Origin: a virus
Lineage: Duplodnaviria > Caudoviricetes
IMG/VR virus record: IMGVR_UViG_3300042541_000160
Location: 1-27,922 of that record
DNA length: 27,922 bases
Reading direction: 5' to 3' (one strand)
Positions 18,201 through 26,512 of the stretch are shown here, piece after piece (positions within the stretch are counted from its first letter, which is position 1; each line of letters starts with the position of its first letter). A program made the translations under genes and the position numbers. The notes under the pieces are model-generated. The model was not told the origin of the DNA and did not search any database. It was given only the letters and a program-made list of their open reading frames with translations.

Positions 18201-21200
18201 TCCGTGAACCATTGTTGTTGATGAATTTCCTTGTAATTTAGAAATTTTAACTTTAGATCCATCTAATGCATTTAAAGATAAAACCCTTGCGGTTGTGCCA
18301 CTTCGACGAGCACCTGGTGCAGCAACTGCTGTATGACCACCAATTGAAGAAGAAAATTGTTCCCATAAATTCATTAAGTTTGCATTGTGTCCGAACTTGG
18401 CTTTTAGTACAGCATTTGAAGCTCCATAAAAAGGATTAGACTTGTCGCTTAAAATTGCTTTGCTTTTTATAGTTCTTTCATAAAAATTATGGATGTCGTT
18501 AGATGCCATTCTTGCATCAGCTTTAGTTATTTGTCCTTGCTCTGCAAGCTCATAAAGAAATTGCTCTGTAGTGCTTCTGTACGGACTTGTTCTTGCAGCA
18601 ATACCTGCTAACATTACTTCTGCTGGTAATTGTTTTCCAGGAACATCAGCTTCTAAAGCTTTATTAATCATTTCTCTGGTAATCATTCCGTCCTTAGCAA
18701 GCCTAGGGTACTTGTCAACAATTGCTGGATCTGTTATGTTACCAACATATAAACCAGAAGTTCCTTTTATTTCATACGAAGGTTTTGAACCTCTAAATGA
18801 TGGATCTATAGATTTTACTTCAGAACCACTCATTCTTGTTCTTGGGACTTGAACTGTTTCTGTTTCTGGTCCACGAATATAACCCTCATTCATTTGTTTC
18901 AAAATTGGTAGTGTCTCTGGAGTTACGGAACTGGCTTTAACAACAAACTCTCCAGGAGTAAGCATTGCTGGAACCGTATCTGTTCCCATTGGAGCAAACT
19001 CTGGTCCTTCGCTACCCTTTTTCCTATAAACCATTCCACCACTAGCCATTCTTCTAGGCTTGGTTGTTTCAATATTATATCCTGCGCCAGAAGTTCTTAC
19101 TCCTAGTGTGCCAGCAATTTTATTTATAAAATCTCTTGTTTTGCCCTTTTTAAATAACTCTCTCATATTAGACTTGCCAGTAGGGTCAACAACTGGCTGA
19201 TTTAATGTAGGAACCATTGTTGGGTTTATTGTTCTGCCCATAGCAGTTGCTTGTGCCTGAACTGTAGCAGCAATTAATCTTTCTGTTTCTAAATTTAATG
19301 CAACAATTTTAGCTCTAGCCGCATCTAGGTTTATTTTACCTGCACGAAGTTCTGCAACGATTAGGCTAGACTCTACTGCAGCATTTTTTGTTAACACGCT
19401 AACTGCTGGAAGAATGTCATCAAACTGCATCATAAATTCTTTGCTTACTGTGCCCGTTGCTGCAATTGTTTTCTTTAGATTTTCAATTTCTGCCTTTGAT
19501 TGCATTCCCAGTGTAGCCATCATTGAATGCCATCTAGCGGCTTCTCCAGAAACTATACCAGTAGACACACCCTTAACTGTTGTAAGCCCAGGAACATTTG
19601 GCAAAGCATCGTCCATATAAATTTGTGGATTTTGACCAATTCTTTGATTTACTGGAATTGATCCTGGAACCATACCAAACATAGTCTGCTGTAGTCTTTG
19701 CGCTTCTGTCATTCCAGATCTTGGAACCATATGAGAACTTGCTCGTGTTCCCATTGTTCCTGCTAATGGATTATTTGGATCTACTACTCTTGAACCACCT
19801 GCCGCCATAACAAGGTTTCCAGCCATTGTTGATACTGCTGGATTAACACTCATAGCACCAGATTTGGCTTTTGCTTCTAGTATTGAAAATTCATCAATTA
19901 AGTTTCCTAGTGCTTGTTTTAATACTGCTGCTGCTTTAGCATCGCTGTAAAATGATTGTTCAACTAGCTTACCTGCTTTTTCTGCAGCAAGCATCTCTGG
20001 AGTTAAGTACTTCCATCCTTCATTACCCTTAAAGAAAGATTTTAGATGAAATACACCCTTTAATATATATCCAAAGAAGTTTGCAAGAACACCAGTTAAC
20101 ATAATTACTGGACCAATTACTGCTGTAAATCCGCCTGCCAATGCTAGTACTTGTTTTACGGGGCCTGGTAAATTATTTGCAAATTGAACAACTTTATCAA
20201 TTACTTGAATAAGCACAGTGTTAATTGTTAAGAATTGTTCTCCGACCTCAGCCAAAGATGCCCTTAAACTTTCTATCGCTCTACGATATTTACCAGATGC
20301 TGATTCTGTTACTGCTGATAATTCTCGACCAGCTACTGCCGCCAAATCTTCTGAAGATGCCTTCATTAGATCAAGTACTTGTAGGGTCTGGCTTCCTTGT
20401 CTTCCTAGATTCTCAAACAAAGCATTTAGTCTAGCAAACTGGAACTTACCAAACAACTGCTCAATTGCCTGTTGTTTTTGAAGTGGGTCTAAATTATCTA
20501 ACGCTGCTTGTAGCGTCATTAATGTTCCAGTTAAATCTCCAGCGTTATTATTTACAATTCCTAAAAGGTCTATTCCTAAAGTTTGAAATTTACCTACTGC
20601 AACATCTGTTGGGTTAATTAAAGATGCGAGTGCTGACTTTAAAGCGTTTGCTCCTTCAGATGCATTAATACCACCTTCACGCATAGCAGTTAGGTATAAG
20701 GCAAGATCTTGTACGCTTCCGCCAAGTCCCTTAATTACTGGACCAGCCTTTGGAATTGCTTCTACTAAATCGTTAAGAGTTGTTGAGGTTTGGTTTTCAA
20801 CTGCGTTAAGAAAGTTAATTGATTCTGAAAGTTCATCTGTATTTTGCTTAAATGCTGATTGAATTGCAAGGGTGGCCTTCATGGCTTCTTGTCTATCTAC
20901 TTCACCGAGAACCGCAAGTCTGGTTGTTTCTTTAATTGAACCCAGTAACTCGTCTCCAGTTTTACCAGTTGCTGCAATATCCGCTGCGAGGCCGATTGTT
21001 TCTTTAAATGAAACACCCATAGCTGAAGATATTTCTTTTGCTGTTTTCGCTACATCGTCTCTAACTTTACCCAGTTCTGCCGCTGATGTTCCTGCAACAT
21101 CTCCATACACCTTAGTTAAACGAACTAATTCCTGATCTGCTTCTCTAAATGCTTTAGCAGCCTGTGCTCCAAATGCTACGAGTGGTACTGTTAAACCAAC

Positions 21201-21761
21201 TGTTAACTGACGACCTGCCCACTGAGTATTCTTACCCCAGTTAATAAGTTGTCCAGCGCCATCCTGGATTACCTTATTCATGATTTGAAGCTCTTGTCTT
21301 GCTATGGCGGTTTTATTTTTTACTTCATCTAGCCCTCTTGGAACATGCACATTGAACTGCATAAGTCCTTGTGCGTTTCTGCCTAGCGGTTGTAACACTG
21401 CGTTCTGTAAGGCTACTTGCTGTTTTGCTAAATCTCTTATAAGTCCGCCAGATGTTCTTGCTTGATCTCTAAATGTATTAAAGTATTGATTTAACTTTAA
21501 TTTTCCACCGTCAAGATTTTTACCAAACTTTTCAACATCTGATTGAAGGCTTACAAAGTGTGTGGAGTATTGACCAGTGCTTCTAAGGGTATCAGAAAAC
21601 GAACGATTCATTACGGCAATTTGATTTGCCAGCATCTTATTTGAGCTAGCTAATTCTTGCTGTAATTTCGATAGGCTTGCAGTAACCCTATGCACATCGG
21701 CAATAAGAGCTGAGAAGTCGGCATTAGCGACTATTCGTGTACTGATTGTTTCGTCAGCCAT
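15246..21761 (-). CDS. Tail tape measure protein (2171 aa)
   Basis: Follows the tail chaperone. Contains a TP901-type core (GLTVPL..., EGGINASEGANALKS), hydrophobic segments, a long coiled coil and C-terminal GPGTSTSDSIPAMLSNGEYV. Confidence 0.95.
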   Translation of the reverse strand: MADETISTRIVANADFSALIADVHRVTASLSKLQQELASSNKMLANQIAVMNRSFSDTLRSTGQYSTHFVSLQSDVEKFGKNLDGGKLKLNQYFNTFRDQARTSGGLIRDLAKQQVALQNAVLQPLGRNAQGLMQFNVHVPRGLDEVKNKTAIARQELQIMNKVIQDGAGQLINWGKNTQWAGRQLTVGLTVPLVAFGAQAAKAFREADQELVRLTKVYGDVAGTSAAELGKVRDDVAKTAKEISSAMGVSFKETIGLAADIAATGKTGDELLGSIKETTRLAVLGEVDRQEAMKATLAIQSAFKQNTDELSESINFLNAVENQTSTTLNDLVEAIPKAGPVIKGLGGSVQDLALYLTAMREGGINASEGANALKSALASLINPTDVAVGKFQTLGIDLLGIVNNNAGDLTGTLMTLQAALDNLDPLQKQQAIEQLFGKFQFARLNALFENLGRQGSQTLQVLDLMKASSEDLAAVAGRELSAVTESASGKYRRAIESLRASLAEVGEQFLTINTVLIQVIDKVVQFANNLPGPVKQVLALAGGFTAVIGPVIMLTGVLANFFGYILKGVFHLKSFFKGNEGWKYLTPEMLAAEKAGKLVEQSFYSDAKAAAVLKQALGNLIDEFSILEAKAKSGAMSVNPAVSTMAGNLVMAAGGSRVVDPNNPLAGTMGTRASSHMVPRSGMTEAQRLQQTMFGMVPGSIPVNQRIGQNPQIYMDDALPNVPGLTTVKGVSTGIVSGEAARWHSMMATLGMQSKAEIENLKKTIAATGTVSKEFMMQFDDILPAVSVLTKNAAVESSLIVAELRAGKINLDAARAKIVALNLETERLIAATVQAQATAMGRTINPTMVPTLNQPVVDPTGKSNMRELFKKGKTRDFINKIAGTLGVRTSGAGYNIETTKPRRMASGGMVYRKKGSEGPEFAPMGTDTVPAMLTPGEFVVKASSVTPETLPILKQMNEGYIRGPETETVQVPRTRMSGSEVKSIDPSFRGSKPSYEIKGTSGLYVGNITDPAIVDKYPRLAKDGMITREMINKALEADVPGKQLPAEVMLAGIAARTSPYRSTTEQFLYELAEQGQITKADARMASNDIHNFYERTIKSKAILSDKSNPFYGASNAVLKAKFGHNANLMNLWEQFSSSIGGHTAVAAPGARRSGTTARVLSLNALDGSKVKISKLQGNSSTTMVHGSTPGPLLNRIGAAGITRSISRALPFVFSRGRIRMANGGMVPNVQYMEDGSDGPVKPSFSSGFQAARNKPSGGGGMSAMGSTGMFMGGMGLSMAGSAVGGTAGTVMNSAGMAMQFLPMLSGLKSVMGGLTKVTALAKTFGSIAGTIFRVAGTAVKFFTGPVGLAVLGITALVQVFKFWRKGIEDTRKEQTALYGMSEKGAKELGISYTSVTDKMKALKEEQKLAADKAKAYFESYSMAGGGLTLTIKQLKELKERVKTDMPDTLAILNNIDSSKVNDWAANLKAQMISSGKSVEESTNLIYALIEASDKAGQGVGAISSKLFAGITDQSQAADYILKNLATNIKNINDIDPSAFASNLDTAISSLDNIVKSLVGTKDASGNIIDEQKAIAMQYEQIVASGVKNNQIGKDTLKVLQSQRPEFANILNSSDTIGGMIAKWRVHTENVYLDLKKITSEQAELLAGFYDAMDAAADAALTLGGGVDGLNDAAKVLDTLSTKEKAQRSFSENGAKSVEKYSKTKIKALQDELKEVKKLADAKRKALNDSFNKENAELELQKAKLELQSAVARGDNEAIAMSQIKIQQIQKEQSVEAAIAKINENEKKKEESINAKIDAENAKRDKKMEGVSGAGATADKIGASASLVRTIGEEITKASALKKAFEATPTKENKEAYELAANNVLRKIAENASKDKNVLDAYGKFLQKDDKGNFKKDKKGMFVPQTIDKQALFMKDGVLPGTGADTLFSDIGSNLQKFALDLMGKDKKTLSDIYGIMAKAFPGAAKPTPMSSPGPAVPGARGGRPGQTDSTYSGSWGSYGDAVSNKPGRLYTPPGQARYIMDESGVKVFENMDPKRFKEIAKKYGTKLSMGGPVRNYVDGSMGGVWGPGTSTSDSIPAMLSNGEYVLNAAATQKFGIPLLDRMNGSYNIPSGSISGVNSTSNASSNNIVYNIDIDLNGTNVTADDIMRKFKSELALIGAKEGRVRNLGGNY
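18081..18105 (-). repeat. Direct repeat copy B in TMP (encodes RMANGGMV)
   Basis: Plus strand aaccatgcctccattagccattctt is 22/25 identical to 19029-19053, at an offset of 948 nt (in frame). Confidence 0.7.
19029..19053 (-). repeat. Direct repeat copy A in TMP (encodes RMASGGMV)
   Basis: Plus strand aaccattccaccactagccattctt is 22/25 identical to 18081-18105. Confidence 0.7.
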
Positions 21762-21772
21762 TTGTATTCAGG

Positions 21773-22147
21773 TTACTCCTTAATGTATCCTAGTCCTTCT
21801 CCAATTCCGAATCCAGCCTGAGCTGCGAATCTTCCTTGCAGTGAAACAACATCGTTGGGATTAGCATGTATTCCTGCTGCTCTCAACTCTATCTCTTCAA
21901 AACTAGAACCCTTGTTACTGTTTTCTTCAAACTCCCCTATATCTACTCCCTTTAAAGATGCAACGAACTTTCTATCTCCGTGTTCCTTTTTCTTTAAAGC
22001 CTGGAAAGTATTTATAAGCTCTGGCATTGATAAGTTTTCTTCAAGTTCATCGTAATTCTTCCAATGTCCTAAAAGAAAAAGTTCTCCTTCTAAAGCGGCT
22101 AAATCTAGTTCTGCCCAGCCAGAACCGCTGCCGCTAGAAGGTTTGGG
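21773..22147 (-). CDS. Tail assembly chaperone, -1 frameshift extension (lambda T-like)
   Basis: The -1 frame is open from the slippery site (..PSSGSGSGWAELDLAALEGELFLLGHWKNYDELEENLSMPEL..) to the stop at 21773. The ORF-track ATG at 22027 is internal. Confidence 0.85.
   Translation of the reverse strand, partial: PKPSSGSGSGWAELDLAALEGELFLLGHWKNYDELEENLSMPELINTFQALKKKEHGDRKFVASLKGVDIGEFEENSNKGSSFEEIELRAAGIHANPNDVVSLQGRFAAQAGFGIGEGLGYIKE
22087..22147 (-). promoter_or_regulatory. Programmed -1 ribosomal frameshift signal
   Basis: In-phase X XXY YYZ heptamer C CCA AAC (22147-22141), followed by nested stems AGCGGC/GCCGCT and GTTCTG/CAGAAC. Confidence 0.82.
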
Positions 22148-22437
22148 TCGTCAAGTTTAATTCCTCCGCAAACTTCAAGTATGCGATTCATTGTTGGAAC
22201 ATCGATTGCATCTTCAAATGCTTCTCTGTCTGCTACTAATTCTGGTAGCTGTTTTTCTAGTGCAATTGCACAAGCGTCAATAAGGATGTTTAGTGTTTCA
22301 TCCTCTGTCTGAGACTCCCCAGTTTTCTTAATTGCGATCATGAACTTACGAAGTTCTTTAATTGAAAGTGGCTTAAGCTTTACGGTCTGCCCGTTTTGTA
22401 GCTGTACCTCTTCTACGTCATATACTGTTGTTGCCAA
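22105..22437 (-). CDS. Tail assembly chaperone (lambda G-like)
   Basis: Lies between tail tube and TMP. TTG start with AGGAGG RBS, VKLKPLSIKELRKF motif and a slippery site near the 3' end. Confidence 0.88.
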   Translation of the reverse strand: MATTVYDVEEVQLQNGQTVKLKPLSIKELRKFMIAIKKTGESQTEDETLNILIDACAIALEKQLPELVADREAFEDAIDVPTMNRILEVCGGIKLDDPNLLAAAVLAGQN

Positions 22438-22467
22438 TTTAGGTCCTCCTAGGATCTATTCATAATC

Positions 22468-22496
22468 ATTATACTAAAAAGAATATACTAATACAA
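22468..22496 (-). promoter_or_regulatory. Promoter for chaperone/TMP operon
   Basis: TTGTAT (22496-22491), 17 nt, TATAAT (22473-22468), just downstream of the terminator. Confidence 0.6.
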
Positions 22497-22498
22497 AC

Positions 22499-22528
22499 GT
22501 AAAACCCCCAATAAATTGGGGGTTTTAC
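22499..22528 (-). terminator. Intrinsic terminator after tail tube gene (possibly bidirectional)
   Basis: Inverted repeat GTAAAACCCCCAAT / ATTGGGGGTTTTAC. Confidence 0.85.
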
Positions 22529-22552
22529 TGAATAGCTAATAAATTAAATCTA

Positions 22553-23263
22553 TTATGCTACCAAGACACGGTCAATAATCTTACCGTATTCAGAGCCTGC
22601 ATAGCTGGCGTCTGGTAGAAGACGGAATGTTACTGGGAATGTGGTTGGAGTTGTACGAGCAAGTGAGAATTGTGACTGTTGTACTGACAATACACGACGT
22701 GCATAATATACACGCTCAGATGTTGTTGAGGTTGCTGTTGGAGCCTGTCCAACTGCAATTAACTGACGCTCTGTTGGAGCTGCACCAAGTGCACCTGCCT
22801 CTAGACCGAGTTCCTTCTTATTTTGTGCTCCAGTCAAACCATTGTCTGAAAGAGTCGATGCTGCCTGTCCGAATACTGCTGCGATGTTCTCGAGAGTACC
22901 TTCTGACATTTCTGTTGCGATCATAACTTCCATCGCAGACTTGAACAACTTAGCTGTATCAAGCAACTGATCTACAGTTACTGAATCATATGTTGGGTTG
23001 TATGTAATTTGAAGACCATTGTTAGTAAAACCAACGTTACGGTATCCAAATAGTCCTGCTGTTTGGTTTACGTTATTTAGCGTAGTTGTATATGATACGC
23101 CTGATGCAAATGCTGGGACTCCTACTGTTCCTGAGCCTGATGCAATTGCTACGCCTGCTTCTGCGTTTGCGATGTAATCTGCGTCGTTTACGTCAATAGA
23201 TGACAAGAACAACGGAGATGCACCAACGAGAATATTTTTAGCATTACCTACGGATTGTGCCAT
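22553..23263 (-). CDS. Major tail tube protein
   Basis: NILVGASPLF, VGFTNNGLQITYNP..VTVDQL and FPVTFRLLPD are siphovirus tail tube motifs. Strong AGGAGG RBS and a downstream terminator. Confidence 0.88.
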   Translation of the reverse strand: MAQSVGNAKNILVGASPLFLSSIDVNDADYIANAEAGVAIASGSGTVGVPAFASGVSYTTTLNNVNQTAGLFGYRNVGFTNNGLQITYNPTYDSVTVDQLLDTAKLFKSAMEVMIATEMSEGTLENIAAVFGQAASTLSDNGLTGAQNKKELGLEAGALGAAPTERQLIAVGQAPTATSTTSERVYYARRVLSVQQSQFSLARTTPTTFPVTFRLLPDASYAGSEYGKIIDRVLVA

Positions 23264-23347
23264 AGTTTTGTTACCTCCTATATTTTAATATATATATATT
23301 TTAAAATCTTAAATCGAAGCTGGCTAGGCTTCTTTCCTCTTAGGATA

Positions 23348-23376
23348 AGTTTATTCCATAATAGGTAAAAAGGCAA
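23348..23376 (-). promoter_or_regulatory. Putative promoter for tail tube gene
   Basis: TTGCCT (23376-23371), 17 nt, TAAACT (23353-23348; TANNNT type). Confidence 0.5.
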
Positions 23377-23380
23377 ACCC

Positions 23381-23893
23381 TCAGAGGAACCTGCCCGTAT
23401 CGTCTGTAATTCGAGAATACTTGATTTCTAGTATAACCTCTGCTGAAAAGAATCCTTGAAGTTCTTCTGACGGGGCGGTTGGAGAGATATCTGCTATCCA
23501 TATGCTATGGAATTTAAATTTATCTGACAGATCTGACCATTTGTTTATGTCTCTGGCAGACTCATCCATCCTTCTGAATTCATCAGTCATATAGTTTCGA
23601 ATCTCATTTATATCCGCCACCGATGTTGAATATAGGGTAAACAGGATTTGCTCACAGCATATTAACCAGTTGTCCTCGTATGACATTCCTATCTTGTCAT
23701 AGACTATATGCTTCTTGCCGCTTAAGAATTGATTCATTTCCGCCGCTTGTTGAACTGGGATAATTGGGACAATGTTCTCATTTAGATTGTCTGACCAATA
23801 CTCTTCTTCGTCAAATATATTACGGGTATATAGTTCTTTCCATAGATACTTGCGAAGCTCTAGCATTGCATCTAATTTATAATTAGCCGTCAC
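23381..23893 (-). CDS. Tail terminator / tail completion protein
   Basis: Sits immediately upstream of the tail tube. Size (170 aa), acidic composition and HIVYD..EQILFTLYS pattern fit. GTG start overlaps the previous stop. Confidence 0.65.
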   Translation of the reverse strand: MTANYKLDAMLELRKYLWKELYTRNIFDEEEYWSDNLNENIVPIIPVQQAAEMNQFLSGKKHIVYDKIGMSYEDNWLICCEQILFTLYSTSVADINEIRNYMTDEFRRMDESARDINKWSDLSDKFKFHSIWIADISPTAPSEELQGFFSAEVILEIKYSRITDDTGRFL

Positions 23894-24672
23894 ATTGCAC
23901 CTCCAAATGATGCTACTAATGCGGCATCTGCTTGAGACCTAATAAGATTTGGAGAAAAGGAATATTGAACTTTCTTGATATTAGAAGGAACTCTAAGTGC
24001 TTTTGTAATACTTGAGTTAAATATTCTCTGAAAGCCAGACTTCTTAATTGATTCATTTACTAGTCTTCCACTAAAAAATCTTGAGTGTGCCAGAGTAAAT
24101 TGATTTGTAGCGCCTGATCCTCCAGGCCGTCTAACCGTTACAGATTTACCTTTTGGCATAAAAACAGTTTCTCCATCAATTTCAAAAACTAAACGTTCTG
24201 CATTTTTAGGCCTAATAACTAAAGGCTTACCAGCCTCCATCACAGAAGCTTTATTTGCAAACATGTGTCTACGTCTTCCACCTGAAGAAGGCACCATAGA
24301 TCTTGAAGGTATAAATTCATAATTTAGTCTAAACGATAATCCGTCTTCTGAAATTTTATTTAACTTAAAAAGCCTTGCAGTTTTATTTCCAGACTTCTTC
24401 CATTCATACACATGATGCAACGACTTTGGTTTTGACCTTGCTAATGCATCTACATAATTTCCAAAATCTGTGTTTATCTGATCAAAGATAGTTTTTGTGA
24501 ACAATGCCCTAAATTGAGCATTGGTTGTAAGTTTAGATATTACTGCTGCCTCATAATATACAAATGCTGATATCTGAGCTACTGTGCTATCTTTTAAAGG
24601 TCCGCTTTGATTTGCGTACATCATTCTTTCGAGTCCGCTTGCTGCTTGAACCAGTAGTCCGCTATTGTCCAA
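23890..24672 (-). CDS. Neck / tail completion protein (HK97 gp10-like position)
   Basis: Basic protein between stopper and terminator, with FANKASVMEAG..IRPKNAERLVF..VTVRRPG. Confidence 0.6.
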   Translation of the reverse strand: MDNSGLLVQAASGLERMMYANQSGPLKDSTVAQISAFVYYEAAVISKLTTNAQFRALFTKTIFDQINTDFGNYVDALARSKPKSLHHVYEWKKSGNKTARLFKLNKISEDGLSFRLNYEFIPSRSMVPSSGGRRRHMFANKASVMEAGKPLVIRPKNAERLVFEIDGETVFMPKGKSVTVRRPGGSGATNQFTLAHSRFFSGRLVNESIKKSGFQRIFNSSITKALRVPSNIKKVQYSFSPNLIRSQADAALVASFGGAM

Positions 24673-25090
24673 TTTGCTGGTTCTCCGATCTCTTCATAGA
24701 TGAGTTGTATGCAATCACACGGCCAAATGGGTCTGTGACTGGAGTTGTTCCCATGACTTCAAATACTGTAGGGGTTTCATTTGGGTAGTTAATTTCATTC
24801 CAAATAGTGTTACCTTCGGAGTCTCTGATGTTTGTAACTTTTTCTCTAGCAGTTAACTTTTCTGATGTTCTAACTTGAACAACTTGATCGTTTAAATACT
24901 TATTTGAAAATATCTGTTTATCGCTAGAGCGGGTAGTAGCAGAGTTACTAATAACTCCTTTAACGTGGCAGGGAACGGTCTTATAAAAATTCCATTCTCT
25001 AACTATTGCGCCTGTATCAGGATCTTGAATCTCAGACTGTCTATATACATCTAAGTTCATAGACAAGACAGAGTCTACGATGCTATTCAT
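24662..25090 (-). CDS. Head-tail stopper / head closure protein
   Basis: Beta-rich 142 aa with QDPDTGAIVREW..TVPC. Synteny after the adaptor (SPP1 gp16-like). Confidence 0.65.
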   Translation of the reverse strand: MNSIVDSVLSMNLDVYRQSEIQDPDTGAIVREWNFYKTVPCHVKGVISNSATTRSSDKQIFSNKYLNDQVVQVRTSEKLTAREKVTNIRDSEGNTIWNEINYPNETPTVFEVMGTTPVTDPFGRVIAYNSSMKRSENQQIGQ

Positions 25091-26076
25091 TATATAATCT
25101 CTGCTTTAGCTGTTAAGACGTAATCTGCTAATAGGTTGTCTGCATATGCATTACCTGTTCCAGTGTAGGCATCTCCTGTATATTCAAAGTCCCAGTCAAA
25201 TGTAGATATGTTCTTTACGTATTTGTTTCTCCACATTGTATCCTTAGAGAAGTAGTCTTTCATTAATTCTGCTGCCGCTTGTTCTACATTCTCAGGAACA
25301 GAGTCCCATCCAAATCTTGCTTGAACTTTATAAGGAATACCAGACTGGAATATTCCAGAGTAATCATGAATGCTTGGAGGCACCATTCCGTTTGCGATAT
25401 AGACAGCGTTGTCTAGTGTGCTAGACCTGTCAACTCTAAGACCAAATTTTGTTTCAGATATATTTACTGCTAATCCCCAGTTGTTGACTGCTGGGTTAGA
25501 CAAATTATCTATAAGTAAAATATCTTTTACAAATAGCTTTTGCAAAGAGTTGATCTTGGCGGGAAGTGGTAGAGTATCTGACTCATATCCGTATACAACA
25601 TACACGTCATCATATAGATAAAAGTACTGTCCTGTATAACCTTCAATTTGTTTACGAGCATATTTTTCTGCTTTAATTAAATCTGAATATGATTTATATC
25701 CTGGGTCAGATGAATCTGATGCAAATCCCATATCTTGAATATGGTTAAAATCAACATAAGGGGTTATAACAAACACATCTTCTGTTTTAACAACAGATGT
25801 TCCATCAACGGCATATTCCCACTTTAATCTCAATGTTCTATTTCTATCTGTATAGGCATAGGGCACATTAACGGTATATGTTCCTGGATTATTTTCATCC
25901 AGCGTTGAAGTAATAGTTGTCAAAAGTGTGGTTGGAAGAACGGCAGGACTTACTGCTGGATCATTTGTCACATCATAAATTTTGACAATTGGTGCAGAGG
26001 TTGCGCTTGCAACGTCTCCATTCCAGAACACCTTATGCGTTACTGGAGATTGTGAACCTACTAATATCTCTGCCAT
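25090..26076 (-). CDS. Head-to-tail adaptor with extra N-terminal beta-sandwich domain
   Basis: ITPYVD..ARKQIEGYTGQYF, FGWDSVPENVEQAA and TGNAYADNLLADY match gp6/gp15-like adaptors. Confidence 0.75.
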   Translation of the reverse strand: MAEILVGSQSPVTHKVFWNGDVASATSAPIVKIYDVTNDPAVSPAVLPTTLLTTITSTLDENNPGTYTVNVPYAYTDRNRTLRLKWEYAVDGTSVVKTEDVFVITPYVDFNHIQDMGFASDSSDPGYKSYSDLIKAEKYARKQIEGYTGQYFYLYDDVYVVYGYESDTLPLPAKINSLQKLFVKDILLIDNLSNPAVNNWGLAVNISETKFGLRVDRSSTLDNAVYIANGMVPPSIHDYSGIFQSGIPYKVQARFGWDSVPENVEQAAAELMKDYFSKDTMWRNKYVKNISTFDWDFEYTGDAYTGTGNAYADNLLADYVLTAKAEII

Positions 26077-26089
26077 TTAAAAGGCTAGA

Positions 26090-26485
26090 CTAGTTGTAAT
26101 ACTCCTGGACTTCCCTTGGAGTTGCTAATCTAAAGCCCTCCTCCTTATCAAAAATTGCTTGCGCTGTCTCACTACTAACTGCAATAAATGGGTGCTCTTT
26201 TGTGAACGTAAATCCCATAATATCATACCTAAAGTTATCTCTAGTCATTCTTACTAATACTGTGTTTTCTGGCTGTTCCGCCTTTGGATCAAACTTAGGC
26301 AAGATTTCTACTGACATATCTTCTTCTTCCATCTTATCCAAGGTCTTGTTATATACAGACCAAGTTACGCCTTCTTCTGCGAGGGCGGCAATAATATCGG
26401 CCTTACTTTTTAGACCATCTGTATCAACTGCAAAGTCTTCTGCAATCTTTTTTACTTCAGATACTTTTAATGTCTCAAATGACAT
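26090..26485 (-). CDS. Rho-N/HeH(SAP-like) domain protein
   Basis: LKVSEVKKIAEDFAVDTDGLKSKADIIAAL is a helix-extension-helix pattern. AGGAG RBS present. Confidence 0.7.
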   Translation of the reverse strand: MSFETLKVSEVKKIAEDFAVDTDGLKSKADIIAALAEEGVTWSVYNKTLDKMEEEDMSVEILPKFDPKAEQPENTVLVRMTRDNFRYDIMGFTFTKEHPFIAVSSETAQAIFDKEEGFRLATPREVQEYYN

Positions 26486-26512
26486 ATATATCTCCTATTT
26501 CTACTCTAAACA

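Noticed and set aside
18105-18900. ADP-ribosyltransferase or lytic enzyme identity for the TMP insert
   Set aside because: No convincing R-STS-ExE, lysozyme or peptidase catalytic motif could be read, so the insert is left unassigned.
26077-26089. TANNNT hexamers before the adaptor ATG (and similarly before the TMP ATG at 21762-21775) as leaderless promoters
   Set aside because: The matches are weak, lack TG extension or -35, and are likely by chance in AT-rich DNA.
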